From Takakia lepidozioides (taxonomy: Eukaryota > Plantae > Bryophyta), in NCBI GenBank assembly GCA_030704615.1, contig CM060732.1:81530001-81594000 (forward strand): 64,000 nucleotides of DNA. The letters run 5' to 3'. The notes beneath the pieces were generated by a model. The model searched no databases and had not been told where the DNA came from. It saw nothing but the letters and a program-made list of their open reading frames with translations. Positions 61,270-64,000 of the stretch are shown here, piece after piece; the first letter of the stretch is position 1, and the number at the start of each line of letters is the position of its first letter. The translations under genes and the position numbers were made by a program.

Positions 61270-63760
61270 CCTTAGGACTCCTTAGGGCCGCCCTAAAGAG
61301 TCGTAAGAGCAATCAAAAATAACAATTTACATCTTTCTAAGGGCAATTATAAATAACAAAATACATCTTTCCATTTTCCCTCCTCTTAAGAGTCTAATAT
61401 AAATAATAATTTATATCATTTTATTTTCCCACTCTTAGGACTCCTTATGGGCGCCCTAAGGAGTCATAAGGGCAATTATAAATAATAATTTACATCTTTC
61501 AATTTTCCCTTCTTAGGACTCCTTAGGGCGGCCCTAAGGAGTCCTAAAGGCTTATAGATAATAATTTATATGTTTCTATTTTTCTCCTCTTATAACCCCT
61601 TAGGTTGTCGAAACGGGTCTTAAGGGCAATTATTTACGTCTTCATTTTTCTCCTCTTAGGACTCCTTAGGACTGTCTAAGAAGTCCTAAGGATAATAACT
61701 TATATGTTTTTATTTTCCCCCTTCTTAGGACTCCTTGGGGCGGCCTAAAGTAGTCCTAAGGGCAATTATAAATAATAATTTATATATTTTCATTTTCCTC
61801 CTCTTAGAGCCCTAAGAAGTCCTAAGGGCGATTATAGATAATAATTTACATCTTTCAATTTTCCCCTTCTTAGTTTTCCTTAGGGCGGCCCTAAGGAGTC
61901 CTAAGGGCAATTATAGATAATAATTACATCTTTCAATTTTCCCCTTCTTAGTTCTCCTTAGGGCGGCCCTAAGGAGTCCTAAGGGCAATTATAGATAATA
62001 ATTTATATGTTTCTATTTTCCCCCTCTTATAACCCTTTAGGTTACCTAAAGGGGTCTTAAGGACAATTATTTATGTCTTTCCATTTTTCTCATCTTATGA
62101 CTCCTTAAGACTGTCCTATGAAGCCCTAAGGGTAATTGTAAATAATAATTTATACGTTTTCATTTTCCCCTTCCTTAGGACTCTTTAGGGCAGTCCTAAG
62201 GAGTCCTAAGGGTAATTATAAATAATAGTTTATATATTTCTGTTTTCCCCTCTTAGGACTCCTTAGGGCAGTCCTAAGGAGTGCTAAGGGCAATTATAGA
62301 TAATAATTATATGTTTCCATTTCCCCTCTTTTATAACTTCTTAGGTTGCCTAAATGGGTCTTAACCCTTAAGTTTCCCAAGCGACCTGAATCCGGTCACT
62401 TTGAATTTGAGGTTCGACCTAATTTTTGCAGATCTAATCTGATGGGGCCCACTCCTGAAGCTTTAATGACAAGGGATTTGTCTTGAGTATGATGCAAAAA
62501 ACAAAACTAAGAAAAAACAAAAGCTGCGACCGACAAAAAATATCTTAGATCTCATTTTTACGTTTTGGGCCTGAAAAGGGCTTGTTGACCGCTGACGTGG
62601 CAGTAAAACAAGTCCAAAATAGATTGCACTCCAAAGGCCATTTTTGGCAGAAAATTAGCAATTTTGGAAAAAGCACTTTACCATCTGGTGTGTGAGCATT
62701 ACATACACACATCCACCATTGGCTTTCAAAATTTTTGTAGAAAAAAAAGTACTTCATTTGGAGGCACATTTTCTCTTGTCAATTTTGAGATTTCAACCCC
62801 CATGTAATTGCATGCATAGCAAGCATAGGTGAAAAAATCAGTTGGACCTGCAATTTAGTGGGGTCATAGCCACTCCACTATTGATTTGGAAATGGTGGGT
62901 CTTGGGGCAAGCAAAATTGGATAAAGCTAGGTTTTCATTTGGTCAAACCAATTTCTTCTCACTTTTTCTTTGGGACCTGATATTTGAGGTCCGGGCCAAC
63001 GTTATAATCTCACAATTTCCACGGTGGACTTGGCTCATTTTTTGGTATGTCATGCATAAATGAGCTGCGCCCACTACTATAAGGCTGGAATCTCTGGATG
63101 ATTTTTGGTAGGTTTCTAGGGGCAATTTACCGCAGCTGGGTACCCAAAATTGGTAAAAAATCAAAAAAGGCTTGGGAACTTAAGGGTTAAGGGCAATTAT
63201 TTATGTCTTTCCATTTTTCTCTTGTTAGGACTCCTTAGGACTATCCTAAGAAGTCTTAAGGGTAATAATAAATAATAATGTATATTTTTTATTTTCTTAT
63301 AAATTTATATATTTCCTTTTTTTCCTCTTAGGACTCCTTAGGGCCGCCCTAAAGAGTCCTAAGTGCAATTATAAATAATAATTTACACCTTTCAATTTTT
63401 CTCTTTTTACTAAGGGTAATTATAGATTACCCTATAATTAATTAAGGATAATAATTTATATGTTTCCATTCTCCCCTTCTTATAACCCCTTAGGCTGTCT
63501 AAATGGATCTTAAGGGCAAATATTTATGTCTTTCCATTTTTTTCCTCTTAGAACTCCTTAGGACTGTCCTAAGAAGTCCTAAGGGAAATTATAAATAATC
63601 ATATATATCTTTGTATTTTCTCCCCTCTTAGGTATCTTAAAGGTAATTATAAATAATAATTTATATATTTCTATTTTTCCCCTCTTAGGGCTCCTTAGGG
63701 CAATCCTAAGGAGTCCTAAGGGCAATTATAAATAATAACATATATCTTACTATTTTTCTA
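61270..63760. repeat. Palindromic minisatellite, ~65-80-bp units
   Basis: Core TTAGGACTCCTTAGGG-CGG-CCCTAAGGAGTCCTAA (perfect at 61513-61547) followed by GGGCAATTATAAATAATAATTTA, repeated more than 20 times. Confidence 0.9.
62365..63186. mobile_element. piggyBac-like non-autonomous element with TTAA TSD
   Basis: TTAA|CCCTTAAGTTTCCCAAGC ... GCTTGGGAACTTAAGGG|TTAA. Removing it restores the satellite unit GGGTCTTAAGGGCAATTATTTA seen at ~61615. Confidence 0.85.
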
Positions 63761-64000
63761 TTTTTAACATAGGTACTAACACGTATAGGTTTATTTAAAA
63801 AAGGATGTTGGTGCATTACAAATGGATGTATGAACGTTTATCCAAAATAAAGTTTTGTTTTAATTATAATAAATGATGACAACCTACCAATTTTGTCAGT
63901 ACCTACCAATAAATAGTATATGTGATTCTTAAATATAATAACCAAAGTTGATACATTTATTATAATAATTTATATTTTTTCTATTTCCCTTAGGAAATAT

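Noticed and set aside
61270-63760. CRISPR array or telomeric tract
   Set aside because: The spacers are themselves repeated, the context is eukaryotic with no cas genes, and TTAGGG is never tandem.

Overview
Eukaryotic nuclear DNA from a land plant. GT-AG introns, PLS-DYW PPR genes, CYP704 and a chromovirus suggest a non-seed plant such as a bryophyte; this is inference. Only two genes look intact: a 6-exon CYP704B-like P450 (2640-5328, +) and a 13-exon LRR receptor-like kinase (49981-57626, +). Most of the rest can be explained as a decayed inverted duplicate of that kinase. Its transmembrane exon was amplified into a ~644/360-bp tandem array. The array then received a self-priming Ty3/gypsy chromovirus (itself carrying an internal inversion and a nested Pack-CACTA) and a 4.8-kb fragment of an intron-containing ParB-like/beta-class DNA amino-methyltransferase gene. 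It was also split by an apparent ~16.4-kb inversion (7943-24384). Other contents are nested LINEs, two PPR-DYW pseudogenes, an F-box pseudogene, an intronless atypical MAPK-like pseudogene, PMM and GPDH fragments, two tRNA-like Pol III modules, and a palindromic satellite with a TTAA-flanked piggyBac-like element. All coordinates were read by eye and no database searches were run.
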